Shown one piece after another: positions 42,401-52,095 of a stretch of 64,000 bases of DNA (position 1 is the first letter of the stretch; each line of letters opens with the position of its first letter). Under the pieces are notes generated by a model. The model did not search any database and had not been told where the DNA came from. It saw only the letters and a list, made by a program, of their open reading frames with translations. The DNA is taken from NCBI GenBank assembly GCA_964016885.1, contig OZ024760.1, positions 8,494,001-8,558,000 on the forward strand. The letters run 5' to 3'. The position numbers and the translations under genes are program-made. This DNA comes from Eledone cirrhosa. Lineage: Eukaryota.

Positions 42401-42737
42401 TTGCGAGGTTTTTTATATGAAATCGTGTGTCGAAACAAATATTGTTATACTTGGGGAGGGTCATATTTGTGTAATATTGCCAGAATTAATAACAGAACAC
42501 ACTCACTGTTTGGTTGGTTTTCGCTTCTCGCTTCTGTGTCTTTTATATCGGTAATCTAACTTACTCGGTCCTCAATGTTGCCATTGACTGACCGACGGTC
42601 AAAAATAATACAGATACAATATAATATACCGATATAAAAGACACAGAAGCGAGAAGCGAAAACCAACCAAACAGTGAGTGTGTTCTGTTATTAATTCTGG
42701 CAATATTACACAAATATGACCCTCCCCAAGTATAACA

Positions 42738-42783
<46 letters not shown>

Positions 42784-44621
42784 CGTTTCTGAATTTGTTT
42801 AGCAAGATTCTTTATCTGAAATCGTGTGTTGAAACCGATATTGTTATACTTTGGGAGGGTCATGTTGCCAATAAGAAACACACGCACCAGTTGCTTTCAC
42901 TTCAATTTATTATAATAAATTTATAAATTTCTGGTTGGTTGGTTGGTTCCACAACCAGATAGTTGTTTATATATTGTCATAGTTCTTTCGTCACACACTC
43001 TGTGACCTCTTCAGTGACTGGGGATTCCTTTCTTTGTTTCTGTGCCTCTCTTTTGTTCTGTCCTACGCCATTGTGTGTGACGAAAGAACTATGACAATAT
43101 ATAAACAACCATCTGGTTGTGGAACCAACCAACCAACCAGAAATTTATAAATTTATAAATTTATTATAATAAATTGAAGTGAAAGCAACTGGTGCGTGTG
43201 TTTCTTATTGGCAACATGACCCTCCCAAAGTATAACAATATATATGTATATATATATATACATATATATATATATTAGTCTTAGGTTCTTCCGCGCATCG
43301 AACAATAATAGTCCCCAACAATCATGATTAACGGCGTCATTGTCTGCGTCCGTGCCAAGTGATGTTGCCTGCTATCAGGTCTTTTTGGAATGTTCGGCTC
43401 CAGGTGATCCTGGGGGGCAACTCCGCTTCCGTTTACCGCCAGGTAGAGCCCAGTTCATCGCTGTTATCGAGTGTCGTTCGTTGGGCAGGCGCAGAATATG
43501 GCCACCTTCTGCAGCTCCCACGACTCGGCTCTCCCGATGATATCCCCGTTTCGCACTTGGTTGATATATATATATATAAAGGAACGATCGACTTTCGTCA
43601 AATCGGACCGAGGGAACAATGTTTCCGTTGGTCTTTCCAATTGCTAATACTATCTATCGGTCGCAACTCCAGGTAGAAGGAGCAACGTGAAATAAAGTGT
43701 CTTGCTCAAGGACATAACGCATCGCCTGGTCCAGGAATCGAACTCACAACCTTACGATTGCGAATCCAATTCTCTAATATAGATATATATATTTCTTTAT
43801 TAGCCACAAGGGCGCAACAAGAAAAGGGGACAATACAAAGACATGCCGGGGATTTTACATACAGTCGTGTAAAAAATATAAAAACAAACAATTTCAACAA
43901 TCGAAATCCCCAATAGGGGGGAGGCGCCACAAATGGGTTGTATAATACCCCGTCGATAGAACAACCCTCAACTTCAGGAGCGTGTTGTGCAAGTGCTCCT
44001 TTCTTCCTTTTGCTCTCCTCTTCAACCTACAGGCTTATAAACAGAGAAGGCCTAATCACTCGGGCCATTTTCGCTTCATTCACCCACCTTTCAGTAAATT
44101 TACTGGGGTGCAGTGCCTCTCTCTCCACCCTGATTCTCCTTCTAAAGTGATACTTAAAGAAGGGAATCAATTGTTGTCCGGAGAGAAAGGCATCTGTCCT
44201 CAGTCCTCTCAACCTCGTCCACCATATAACTTCTTTCAATAGATAGATATATTTCTTTATTAGCCACAGGGGCACAAAAGAAGGGGACAAATACAAAGGG
44301 GGAAGTTTACATACAATAAAAACGTGTAAAATGTTATCACAGATGGAATTTAAAAGTTAGTCGATTTTCCCCAATAGAGGGAGACAGTTTATATATAGAT
44401 AGATAGATAGATAGACAGATTACAGCTGTCTGTCAGATATAGATTTTTTTTAAAGGCGGTGTCTGTTGGTGCAAGAAAATGAAAGGACCATCGGTGATGG
44501 CGGAAATAGTTACCTCCAGATAATAAAGGTCCAGGGATGTGATTTGGGAGTCAAGGAAATCTTCGTAAGTATTAAATTCCGAGATAATGTTATCGATACC
44601 TGAATGTTGATCTTCGTCCAT
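27484..44621 (-). CDS. CFAP299: Cilia- and flagella-associated protein 299 (C4orf22 orthologue), 6 coding exons, 702 nt, 233 aa
   Basis: join(44514-44621,39065-39195,36286-36376,32491-32633,29869-29998,27484-27582); all introns GT-AG and phase-consistent; motifs [63 protein letters not shown]. Confidence 0.96.
27752..28058 (+). mobile_element. tRNA-SINE plus tandem 3' partial copy
   Basis: Family core twice. Confidence 0.85.
28150..28330 (+). mobile_element. 3' fragment of a CRE-like (RLE) non-LTR retrotransposon
   Basis: [35 protein letters not shown] resembles the LFQRLSIAIQRGNA motif. Confidence 0.65.
28540..28698 (+). mobile_element. Diverged tRNA-SINE subfamily
   Basis: TGGCAGAGTCGTTAGA head, GAGTTCAAATCCC, CTTTCATCCTTTCGAGGTCGATAAA core. 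Confidence 0.75.
28908..29867. repeat. 35-bp minisatellite (GGGACCGTAACATACTCAACTATATCAG[A/G]AGT[C/T]AT), ~27 copies
   Basis: Period 35 (29045, 29080...). Confidence 0.95.
29869..29998 (-). CDS. CFAP299: CFAP299 exon 5 (FYNWETQ...[14 protein letters not shown])
   Basis: ctctag acceptor, GTGAGT donor. Confidence 0.95.
30033..30620. repeat. (GGT/GTA/GTT)n trinucleotide tract
   Basis: Direct reading. Confidence 0.9.
31426..31778. mobile_element. Two head-to-head tRNA-SINE copies (31426-31599 -, 31604-31778 +)
   Basis: Family sequence on both strands, abutting. Confidence 0.85.
32088..32370 (+). mobile_element. tRNA-SINE with triplicated 45-bp head
   Basis: AGGGCGGTGGATTGGCAGTATCGGTAGAGGGTCGGACGCCATG at 32087, 32132, 32177; TSD ATTATCTATTAAAGG. 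Confidence 0.88.
32491..32633 (-). CDS. CFAP299: CFAP299 exon 4 ([47 protein letters not shown])
   Basis: tctctgcag acceptor, GTAATA donor. Confidence 0.95.
32655..34465. repeat. CA/TA compound repeat with ~22-bp unit (CATACATATATACACAT[A/G]CACA)
   Basis: Direct reading. Confidence 0.92.
34654..34863. mobile_element. piggyBac-like MITE
   Basis: TTAA|CCCTTTAG ... CTAAAGGG|TTAA; relatives at ~50022-50200 and 51332-51664. Confidence 0.7.
35240..35760 (-). mobile_element. RTE-clade LINE ORF fragment
   Basis: [16 protein letters not shown]...[15 protein letters not shown]...[16 protein letters not shown]. Confidence 0.88.
36286..36376 (-). CDS. CFAP299: CFAP299 exon 3 ([30 protein letters not shown])
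   Basis: aatttcag acceptor, GTAAGT donor. Confidence 0.95.
37871..37960 (+). ncRNA. Degenerate hammerhead fold, family K
   Basis: CATAT CTGAGGA TCT..AGT GAAA CATATA TA ATATG; one stem III mismatch. Confidence 0.5.
38110..38530. mobile_element. Family E element as a divergent inverted pair between (TA)n tracts
   Basis: Minus copy ~38110-38312 and plus copy ~38315-38530; intact variant hammerhead at 38455-38505, deleted one at 38218-38260. Confidence 0.75.
38720..38847 (+). ncRNA. Type I hammerhead ribozyme, family L (long stem III)
   Basis: 8-bp stem I GATGTTTA/TAAACATC, CTGAGGA, GAG..CTC, GAAA, stem III ACATATTT/AAATGTGT, GUC site at 38837-38839. Confidence 0.8.
39065..39195 (-). CDS. CFAP299: CFAP299 exon 2 ([29 protein letters not shown]...)
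   Basis: ttttag acceptor, GTAAGT donor. Confidence 0.95.
39715..40050 (-). mobile_element. (GAT)n-tailed RTE-related short element plus a second tRNA-SINE family
   Basis: CATCATC..TTTACGTCC..CTACAGCTGGATGCCCTTCCTAACACCAACC motif (relatives at ~30690-30860, 35900-36175, 47550-47810, 50232-50400, 55690-55900, 63790-64000); AAAGTGTCTTGCTCAAGG..GAACTCA head also at 43680-43770. Confidence 0.7.
40080..40565 (+). mobile_element. RTE-clade LINE 3' end
   Basis: [20 protein letters not shown]...MLRWMC...[13 protein letters not shown]...RGRPRKTW; (GAT)n tail. Confidence 0.92.
40978..41160 (-). mobile_element. tRNA-SINE
   Basis: Near full-length family copy. Confidence 0.88.
41623..41663 (-). ncRNA. 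Minimal type I hammerhead ribozyme, family M
   Basis: CCGAG CTGAAGA TCC GCATAA GGT GAAAC ATTT GTT CTCGG; inside palindrome ~41605-41720. Confidence 0.75.
41824..42210. repeat. Near-perfect palindrome, 190-bp arms, 7-nt spacer
   Basis: 41824-42013 vs 42021-42210, one mismatch seen. Confidence 0.95.
41881..42023 (-). ncRNA. Type I hammerhead ribozyme, family N
   Basis: 10-bp stem I TTCATTATTT/AAATGATGAA, CTGAAGA, long stem II ATATATATGTGT/ACACATATATAT, GAAAC GATC GTA. Confidence 0.75.
42441..42740. repeat. Inverted repeat (~112-bp arms) between (TA)n tracts
   Basis: TATTGTTATACTTGGGGAGGGTCAT..TATATCGGTA / TACCGATATA..ATGACCCTCCCCAAGTATAACAATA. Confidence 0.93.
42839..43241. repeat. Inverted repeat (~160-bp arms) carrying hammerhead family O
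   Basis: Arms ~42839-42997 and ~43072-43241; shares terminus TATTGTTATACTT[G/T]GGGAGGGTCAT with the preceding palindrome. Confidence 0.92.
42976..43018 (-). ncRNA. Minimal type I hammerhead ribozyme, family O
   Basis: GTCA CTGAAGA G GTCACA GAGTG TGTGAC GAAA GAA CTA TGAC. Confidence 0.75.
43792..44390 (-). mobile_element. L1/Tx1-like LINE 3' ends (two tandem fragments)
   Basis: [12 protein letters not shown]...[14 protein letters not shown]...KFTERW; tail GTGGCTAATAAAGAAAT; related ends at ~9000-9185 and ~51060-51215. Confidence 0.7.
44514..44621 (-). CDS. CFAP299: CFAP299 exon 1 ([36 protein letters not shown])
   Basis: ATG at 44619-44621, GTAACT donor. Confidence 0.95.
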
Positions 44622-44716
44622 GTTTAGTGAGAAAGATGGCCGTGGGGACGATGAACGATGGTTAATGGTAGATGTGTTAGTAACACTGTTACTACCTTAT
44701 TGTTTATGTTGTTTTG

Positions 44717-44730
44717 GTAACTTGGGAAAC
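44717..44730. promoter_or_regulatory. Candidate RFX X-box upstream of CFAP299
   Basis: GTAACT-TG-GGAAAC fits GTHNYY-NN-RRNAAC ~100 bp upstream of the ATG of a ciliary gene; forkhead-like TTGTTTA at 44700-44706. Confidence 0.4.
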
Positions 44731-45745
44731 ATCGCATAGCAGCAGCAGCTGTAGTAACTGAAGATATATACATCAGCACTACCACCACTACCGCCACTAC
44801 CACAAATACGACCACTACGACCACTACCACTGCCACAACCGCCATCACCACTACCACCACCACCACCACCACCACCACTATGCCACCACTACCACCACCA
44901 CCACCACCACCACTATGCCACCACTACCACCACTACCACTACCACCACCACTATCACCACCACTACCACCACCACCACTATTACCACTACCACCACTACT
45001 ACCACCACCACCACTACCACCACCACTACCATCAATTCAGTAGATAGAAACTGAGTAAGAGCCCATCGCGTTTGTGTGTTTATGTGTGTGTATATATGTG
45101 TATGTGTGTATGTGTGGGTCTGTATGTGTGTGTGTATGTGTGTTTCGTGTGTATGTATGGGTGTGTATATATGTGTGTGTGAGTGTGTCTATGTGTGTGT
45201 GTATGTCTGTGCGTGTGTGTATGTATGTGTGTGCCTGTGTGTGTATGTGTGTGTGCATGTGTGTATGTGTATGCGCATGTGTGTGTGTATGTGTATATAT
45301 ATATATATATATATACGTGTCATCAAAAGCCAAGATGGTGAAATGTGGTGATTTTGAGAGATATATAGCTGCTATTTCTAGCTGGTCGAACGACGATGTA
45401 GCGGAGAACCTGCGTTAATATGTCACAGTGACAATCAAAGGGAAAGAATTCGAGCAGGACTTTTTATGTATCAAGATTTATTTCCCTTTGACTGATAAAT
45501 TGATAAAATTTTCTCACTTCCCTTTTCAAGCTAGGATCACGTTTTCCCTGTTAACCTATGATTGTACATTCTACCCCCGGCATTCGCGGTCCCGGTTAGT
45601 CGCGGAATTTTCCTTAGACCCTAACAAATAATTGTTCGGGGAAACTACCACATATTCGCGGACTCGTAAATATCTTCCTCGACTTTTTAATGGCTTTTCC
45701 AGTGGTAATATATATATACAGTATATTTTAACGCTAAATTATTAA

Positions 45746-45931
45746 TAATTGTTTCTACGTTAGGCACAAGGCCAGCAATTACCCAGTGCATTACTGGTAC
45801 TTTATTTTATCGATCCCCGTAAGGATGAAAGGCAAAGTTAACCTCGGCGGGATTTGAACTCAGAATGGCAAAGGCCGTAACTCTATACGTCAAAGCATGG
45901 CGTCCGACCCTCTCCCAATACTGCCAATCCA
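45746..45931 (-). mobile_element. tRNA-SINE
   Basis: Near full-length family copy. Confidence 0.88.
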
Positions 45932-46133
45932 ATGCCGTATTTGCCGGTCTATTGGACGCCCCCCCCCCCCCCCCGCATAAGACGCTCCCTCTATTTTATA
46001 TTTTACGTTATATTTTGACGTTTATAAGCATTTTTATGGATTACGTCCAATATTCGCAGTTTTTCCATTCTTTGCGGGATGCTCTAGTAACGTAACCCCT
46101 GCGAATACCGGGGCACAATTGTATTATCTAATG

Positions 46134-46610
46134 CGGGGGTTCTCAACCTGCTCCATGTGGACCACTAGTGGTCGACAGGAAAATTCAGGTGGTCCACAGA
46201 AAATTTTCAATAGCAAATTCTTTTTTGATCCATGCATTTGACTTAAAGCGCTGTTCTTATTCTTCGCATAAGTACGACTTCAGCTGTTTATTTGTACATT
46301 ATTCTATGTACTATACATTATTTGTACTTCAGCTGTTCATTTGTACATTATTCTATGTACTATACATGCACCTTTGATGAGTTGTAGTGCACCTGAGCAC
46401 TGTACACAATAATTTCATTATTATTATTTGCGTAGATTTTTAGGCACTGCGACGTGATAATAGCATTTTCTAATTCATTGAAAAAAAAAAACATCTACTG
46501 ATGCTTATAAGTAGCAGTTCTATTTCAAAAGATTTAAAAGTTTAGGTGGTCTGCAGGAAAAAATTACTTATTTTGGTGGTCCACAGCGAAAAAAAGGTTG
46601 AGAACCCCTG
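46134..46610. mobile_element. hAT MITE (same family as 63-745, opposite orientation) with nested LINE-tail insert
   Basis: TIRs; perfect TSD ATCTAATG (46126-46133 / 46611-46618); CR1-type tail at ~46290-46428. Confidence 0.92.
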
Positions 46611-46794
46611 ATCTAATGTATCCTTCCTTCTAAAAATCTAGGATGAAACCATGAGAAAGATTTGGCCGTTATTTCTAGTGCGTCGAATGACCGCACAGAG
46701 GCTTCAATCCCGGACCAGCGATCAATTTTTAAACGTTAAAACTAATTTTAAATAATTTTCATTCTATTTTAATTACGATTCAGTAATTCTATAT

Positions 46795-47020
46795 CTTCTT
46801 CTTCTTTTTTGCCCATTTATTCCTGGGAGGGTTGAGGGGCCAAAGTCCTCAAACACTCCTTCCAGCAAGTCCTGTCAGAAGCAACCATCTCCAACTGATC
46901 CGGCTGGATCCCCAAGCGAGACCAGCTGAGCTCATGGATGTTATCCACCCATCTTGCTTGAGATCTACCCCTCGGTCTCCGGGGTAGATCTGGGCAAACA
47001 CCAAAAGGTCTCCGGCCTTT
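46795..47020 (-). mobile_element. RTE-like LINE 3' fragment
   Basis: RRPRGRSQARWVDNI...SDRTCW; (GAA)n tail. Confidence 0.7.
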
Positions 47021-47814
47021 TGGTGTTTGCCCGTAAAATCTGTCCAGTGATTCTTTCCTGAGACATTCTAAGCACACCTCAATAGTATTGGAGCTGTGAT
47101 CACTTCACACCAATTAGCTGGGGTAAACTATGACTTGATGAATCTCTGAGTTTGAAACAGACTTTAACCCTGTGTTTGACTGATTAGCTTGGCTCTCCCC
47201 CTTTCTATATAAAGTGAGTGTGGCGTATGGAGAGATGGTGGGACAGACAGACAGACAGAGAGTGCTCATACTATATTATTATAATATAGATTTTGTAAAT
47301 GAATTTATATTTTGAACAGCTTTTAATAAATATATTCTTATTTTTCGTCTGAAATTATTGCAATTATCTAAACAGAAGTTTTAAGTGGGAGATGATTTAA
47401 AAAACTGATCAACTTTATTTCTATTTCATATGTTAGAAACACATGCATGGCTGTCTGGTTAAGAAGAATGTAGCTATAAATTCTAACCCAGTGGTTGATA
47501 CCTTGGGCAAATGTCTTTTACTACAGCCTCAGACCAAACAAAGACTTCTATCATCATCATCATCATCATCACCGTTTTACGTCCGTTCTTCCACGCTAGC
47601 ATGGGTTAGACGGGTTGTCCTGTTGTGGGCAGTGTCTGGTCGGCTGACCATGCCTTGCTCATACAGGAACTGATCTGGCTTGATTTCTACAGCTGGATGC
47701 CCTTCCTAACACCAACCTCATTTACAGTGAGTGCTGGGTGCTTTTTCGTGGCGCCTACACGTCCACTTTACAGTGTGGGCTGGGTGCTTTTTTGCCGTGG
47801 CACCTCCACGATAT

Positions 47815-48037
47815 ATACAAAAATCAAACTCACATCTCAGAACAACAATACAGCACAATTATTTCACCTCAACTGGTCCTGCTCTCTTTAACATCATACT
47901 AAAACACATAAAAACAGAAACAGATCCCATAAAATTGAAAATATCTTTTGACAAATTCCTCCAAGAAATTCCAGATTAACCCCATACTCACAGATCTGTC
48001 TCCGAAAACAATAACTTGTTACTAGAGTGGGGCATAG
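47815..48037 (+). mobile_element. CR1/L2-like LINE C-terminal fragment
   Basis: YFTSTGPALFNII...FDKFLQEIPD*P...NNLLLEW. Confidence 0.65.
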
Positions 48038-48873
48038 CAGAGGTGTATCTAGGGTGTGGCAAGCATGACACGTGCCAATGGTGCCACTTGAAAGGGGGAC
48101 CCACCTGGACTAGGAGCACTTTCTATTAAAGTCAGATAAGCTATCGTCTGAGAGTGAAAAAAGAAACTTCTACAGATGTATGATCTGTCTTTTATTATCA
48201 TGGCTGAGAAACACTATGGTGGTTGGATCATTAAACCATTTATATAGATTATTAGGCCCATGGGTAAAAATACAGTGCTGGGAACTACATGATCACATAG
48301 GCATACCTCGTTTGCCTTAAAAATGTGAGGGGACAAACCAACATTTGTTGATTCTTAAAGGAACATGTTAGTATTGCTTATGGAGCCTTTCCTGGACCCT
48401 ATCACATAAATAAAATTTTTGCGTTAATTAAATTTTATATATTCAAATGAAGTTTGGATATAAAAAAATAAGCTTAAAAAGAATTTATTATATCAAATAA
48501 ACAAAAAATAAAACATCGACGTTGAAAAAGTGGTGGGACTTGTCCCCTGGTACCCCCCCCCCTCTGAAACAAGGTCCTTGTTCATAGTATGACATGTCAA
48601 ATATTTTAATAGGGTTTTAATATTTGTCAAAGATCAGTATTACACAGATCACTCCCTTTAAATACTCTAACACTATTGCCAATACTTTACGTATACTTAA
48701 GTGTAAAGGATACCTGTAGAACAAATAAAAATACAGTTTAATACCCTAAACCCTCATTTATTTAAACTGTGCTGTCAATCTCATTGTCTAACAACTACTA
48801 TATAGCTTGCAGGATGGACAGGGCACAATTTCAATGTTTACCATAGGCACTATTTTCCCTTGTTATACCTCTG
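48038..48873. mobile_element. Non-autonomous hAT (Tip100-like) element
   Basis: Imperfect TIRs CAGAGGTGTATCTAGGG / CCCTTGTTATACCTCTG; 8-bp TSD GGGCATAG / GGGCATGG. Confidence 0.75.
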
Positions 48874-49514
48874 GGGCATGGTGTCCAAAACATGACGGTG
48901 ATGTGAATTATAATTTGAAAGACATTGTCAGTTAGACATGGCCTGGAGCAATACTAGTCAAAACCTATCAAAATTATACCAGACATTGACTGGTGTCTGT
49001 TACCAGGAAAACAGATAAGTGACAAAAATACTCAAAACATTAGATTTTATACATATATATTTTATTTTCAAAACTAAAACTTTACAGTAAGTTACATCAA
49101 GGTTTGTGTTGTAGAGATTACACCCACACACACATGCATATTCACACACTCAGACACACATGCACACACACACACAAATGCACACATACGTTTACGTTAA
49201 TATTCCAAGGGAAGCTGAAAAGCTTCTCACAATATATCTATGTATCTATCTCTCTCTCTATATATATTTAAAATTTAGAATTTGTTCAACCCAAAGTACA
49301 TATATATATCCATTAAACAAGAGCAATTAGTAATTTAACAAATTTAACGAGCCAATCAATTACCAATCAAACAACCCAAAAATCAGAACCTTTTCTTTCT
49401 TTTTGTTTCATTAGTTATTGAGAAATACATTCTTTACGAAGAATGTAATAAATTATTATAAAGTACCAGTAATGCACTGGAGTAATTGCTGGCCTTGTGC
49501 CAAAAGTAAAAACA

Positions 49515-49561
<47 letters not shown>

Positions 49562-50419
49562 TTTATTGTTTTTTCTTTTCCATCAGTATTGTTTCTGATA
49601 TATATTGAGTGTCTTCCTGACACCTAGGGCAACTAAACCCATTGTATACATTGGTAAGCCAGTTAGTTAAAACACCACATTGAATATAATTTACAGCTTA
49701 TCATTCTTACAGAGGGATATCATTCTTACAGAAATAGTGCTCTACTCACACACACAACCACACAAGGGGGGGGGGGTATCATTCTCACAGTATTATTATT
49801 ATCATTATTATTATTTATATATTTTTTAATTGCGCCTTATTACTGCTTTACCGAGCACAGCTCTGTGCACCTTGGGTATGTGCAGTGTAGTTTTTGATGG
49901 TGTTTATTATTATTATTACCATTATTATTATTATTAAATTCCTCTCACAATTTCCCGATACAGGTACAACATTGATTTCCCAGGAACTCATGGTGTGACC
50001 CCTATTTTAGTCTGGACATATTAACCCTTTAGCATTTAAACCAGCCATATCCAGCCAGAATTCTCTCACCTCTTTCTTTTCAAACTGGTCATAAACAGCT
50101 GCTCATACTTATGTTAAGGTATTGTTCTCAATATAGATAATATCAAAATCCCGTAGATTTGATATTATGTGAGATAAAGCTTTTTCTGTGAAAATACAAT
50201 ATATACAATGTATATATATATTGTATATATATCATCATCATCATCATCATCATCGTTTAACGTCCGTGTTCCATGCTTGCATGGGTTTGGACGGGAGTTT
50301 TCCCACTTGAGGCAAGAGTGGTTGTCTTGCTCGCATAGGACTGTCTGGCGGGTTTTCTACAGCTGGATGCCCTTCCTAACACCAACCACATTTACAGTGT
50401 AAATATAGAGTAATGTGAA

Positions 50420-50920
50420 TGTTAAAGGCTTAGTGGGAGTCAAGATAGGAGTGTCCATGTGTGGCCCCTGGGAGTATTGATAAGATACTGCTAATCCTAT
50501 CACCTCCACAAATAACAGTTTTTTCACGCTCAGAGTTGCTGAAGCATGGAACAAACTGCCTGCGTCAATTGTTAGCTGTCGAGACACTGCATCCTTTAAG
50601 ACACTCATGCTTCCCGAAATACGCCAAAACTACACCTGATGTGCCCCTTCCATACACATGCACACATGTGTGCACTGTTCATTTTACTGATGTTTGTGCA
50701 TTGCCCTATGTACTGTACATGCACTTTTTTGATGGGTTGTGGTGCACCTGGGCACTGTGCACAATATTTCATTATTGTTATTGTTATTATATCATGACTC
50801 ATACACTGTTCATTTTCCTGACATTTGTACATTATTCTATGTACTATACATGCACCTTTGATGAGTTGTAGTGCACCTGAGCACTGTACACAATAATTTC
50901 ATTATTATTATTATTATTAT
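50420..50920 (+). mobile_element. CR1/L2-like LINE 3' end with duplicated 3' UTR
   Basis: FFTLRVAEAWNKLPASIVS..TASFK; tail GTGCACCTGAGCACTGTACACAATAATTTC(ATT)n; relatives at ~41161-41290 and ~49795-49900. Confidence 0.8.
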
Positions 50921-51331
50921 AAGTGTGGGCACAATAAGAAGAAGTAAAGGGATTAATGAACTGACATTTGAATTTGCTGTGAGCTACCAATGTAATTACT
51001 AGTAGGCCACTGGTAGTAGCTCTGTGTCTCAACTACCATTGGAATCTTCGAATATCAATGGCTCTTGTAGCGTCCAAGGAAAGTGCAAGTGTGTAAACAT
51101 TTCTATTTTAAAATTGTTTTTTTTTTTTTCAATTTTTTTTTTACTTGAATTTATTGTAAACCCCCATTCTCCCTATCTTTTTGTATATGTATGCCCTAGT
51201 GGCCAATAAAGAAATCATTATTATAGTTAACTTTGCCTTTCATCCTTACAGGGTCGATAAAATAAAGTACCAGTAATACACTGGGTAATTGCTGGTCTTG
51301 TGCCAAAAGTAGAAACAATTATTACAGTTAA

Positions 51332-51664
51332 CCCATTAGCATTTACATTACTCTGTATTTACTATTGTATTTTCACTGTAAAGGCTTTACCTCACATAAC
51401 ATTTACATTACTCTGTATATACTATTGTATTTTCACTGTAAAGGCTTTACCTCACATAACATTTACATTACTCTGTATCTACTATTGTATTTTCACTGTA
51501 AAGGCTTTACCTCACATAATATCGAATCTATGAGATTTTGAGATTTTGATATTTATTTTGAGAACAATACCTTAACGTTGGTATGAGTGGCCAGTTACAG
51601 CCGGTTTGAACAGAAAGAGGTGAGAGAATTCTGGCCAAATACAGCTGGTTTCAATGCTAAAGGA
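51332..51664. mobile_element. piggyBac-like MITE with internal 60-bp triplication
   Basis: TTAA-flanked, homologous to 34654-34863; 60-bp unit x3 at ~51340-51519. Confidence 0.65.
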
Positions 51665-51875
51665 TTAAGGCCCAGGGAGGCCTTTATATTGTATTTAAAA
51701 AAAAACATGAGTGAATTGGAAAGGTTTGGTAGCAAAAACATTATTAATAATTTCCTGACAGTCTTGTAAGAATTTTCAGCAGTGTTAGTCCAGTAAAAGA
51801 GATAAATTGGTACAGGTCTTGAACCAATGGTACAGGAATAGTAATGTTGTACCTGTATATCTTATCAATAATCAA

Positions 51876-52095
51876 TCACTCAATTGGAGGGGTGAGGTTT
51901 TTTTTTATCACTCTTATTTTCCTTGGTGCTGGTTTATCATGGTGAGGATCGATGTTTAAACTGGCTTCATAATTTGGAAATATTGGTGCTGCAGTGTTAG
52001 AAGGTGGCAATATAATGAGCTGTTCTGAACTTTTATTAGTATCATTATGTACTGGGAGTTCGGCATGATCATTGAGTGGTTGGCTGTCATCATCT
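51876..52095 (-). CDS. NIDO-TM gene terminal exon (DDDSQPLND...LTPPIE*)
   Basis: ttttgttgactgttgtag acceptor, phase 2 match to the TM exon, 73 codons to TGA. Confidence 0.6.
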
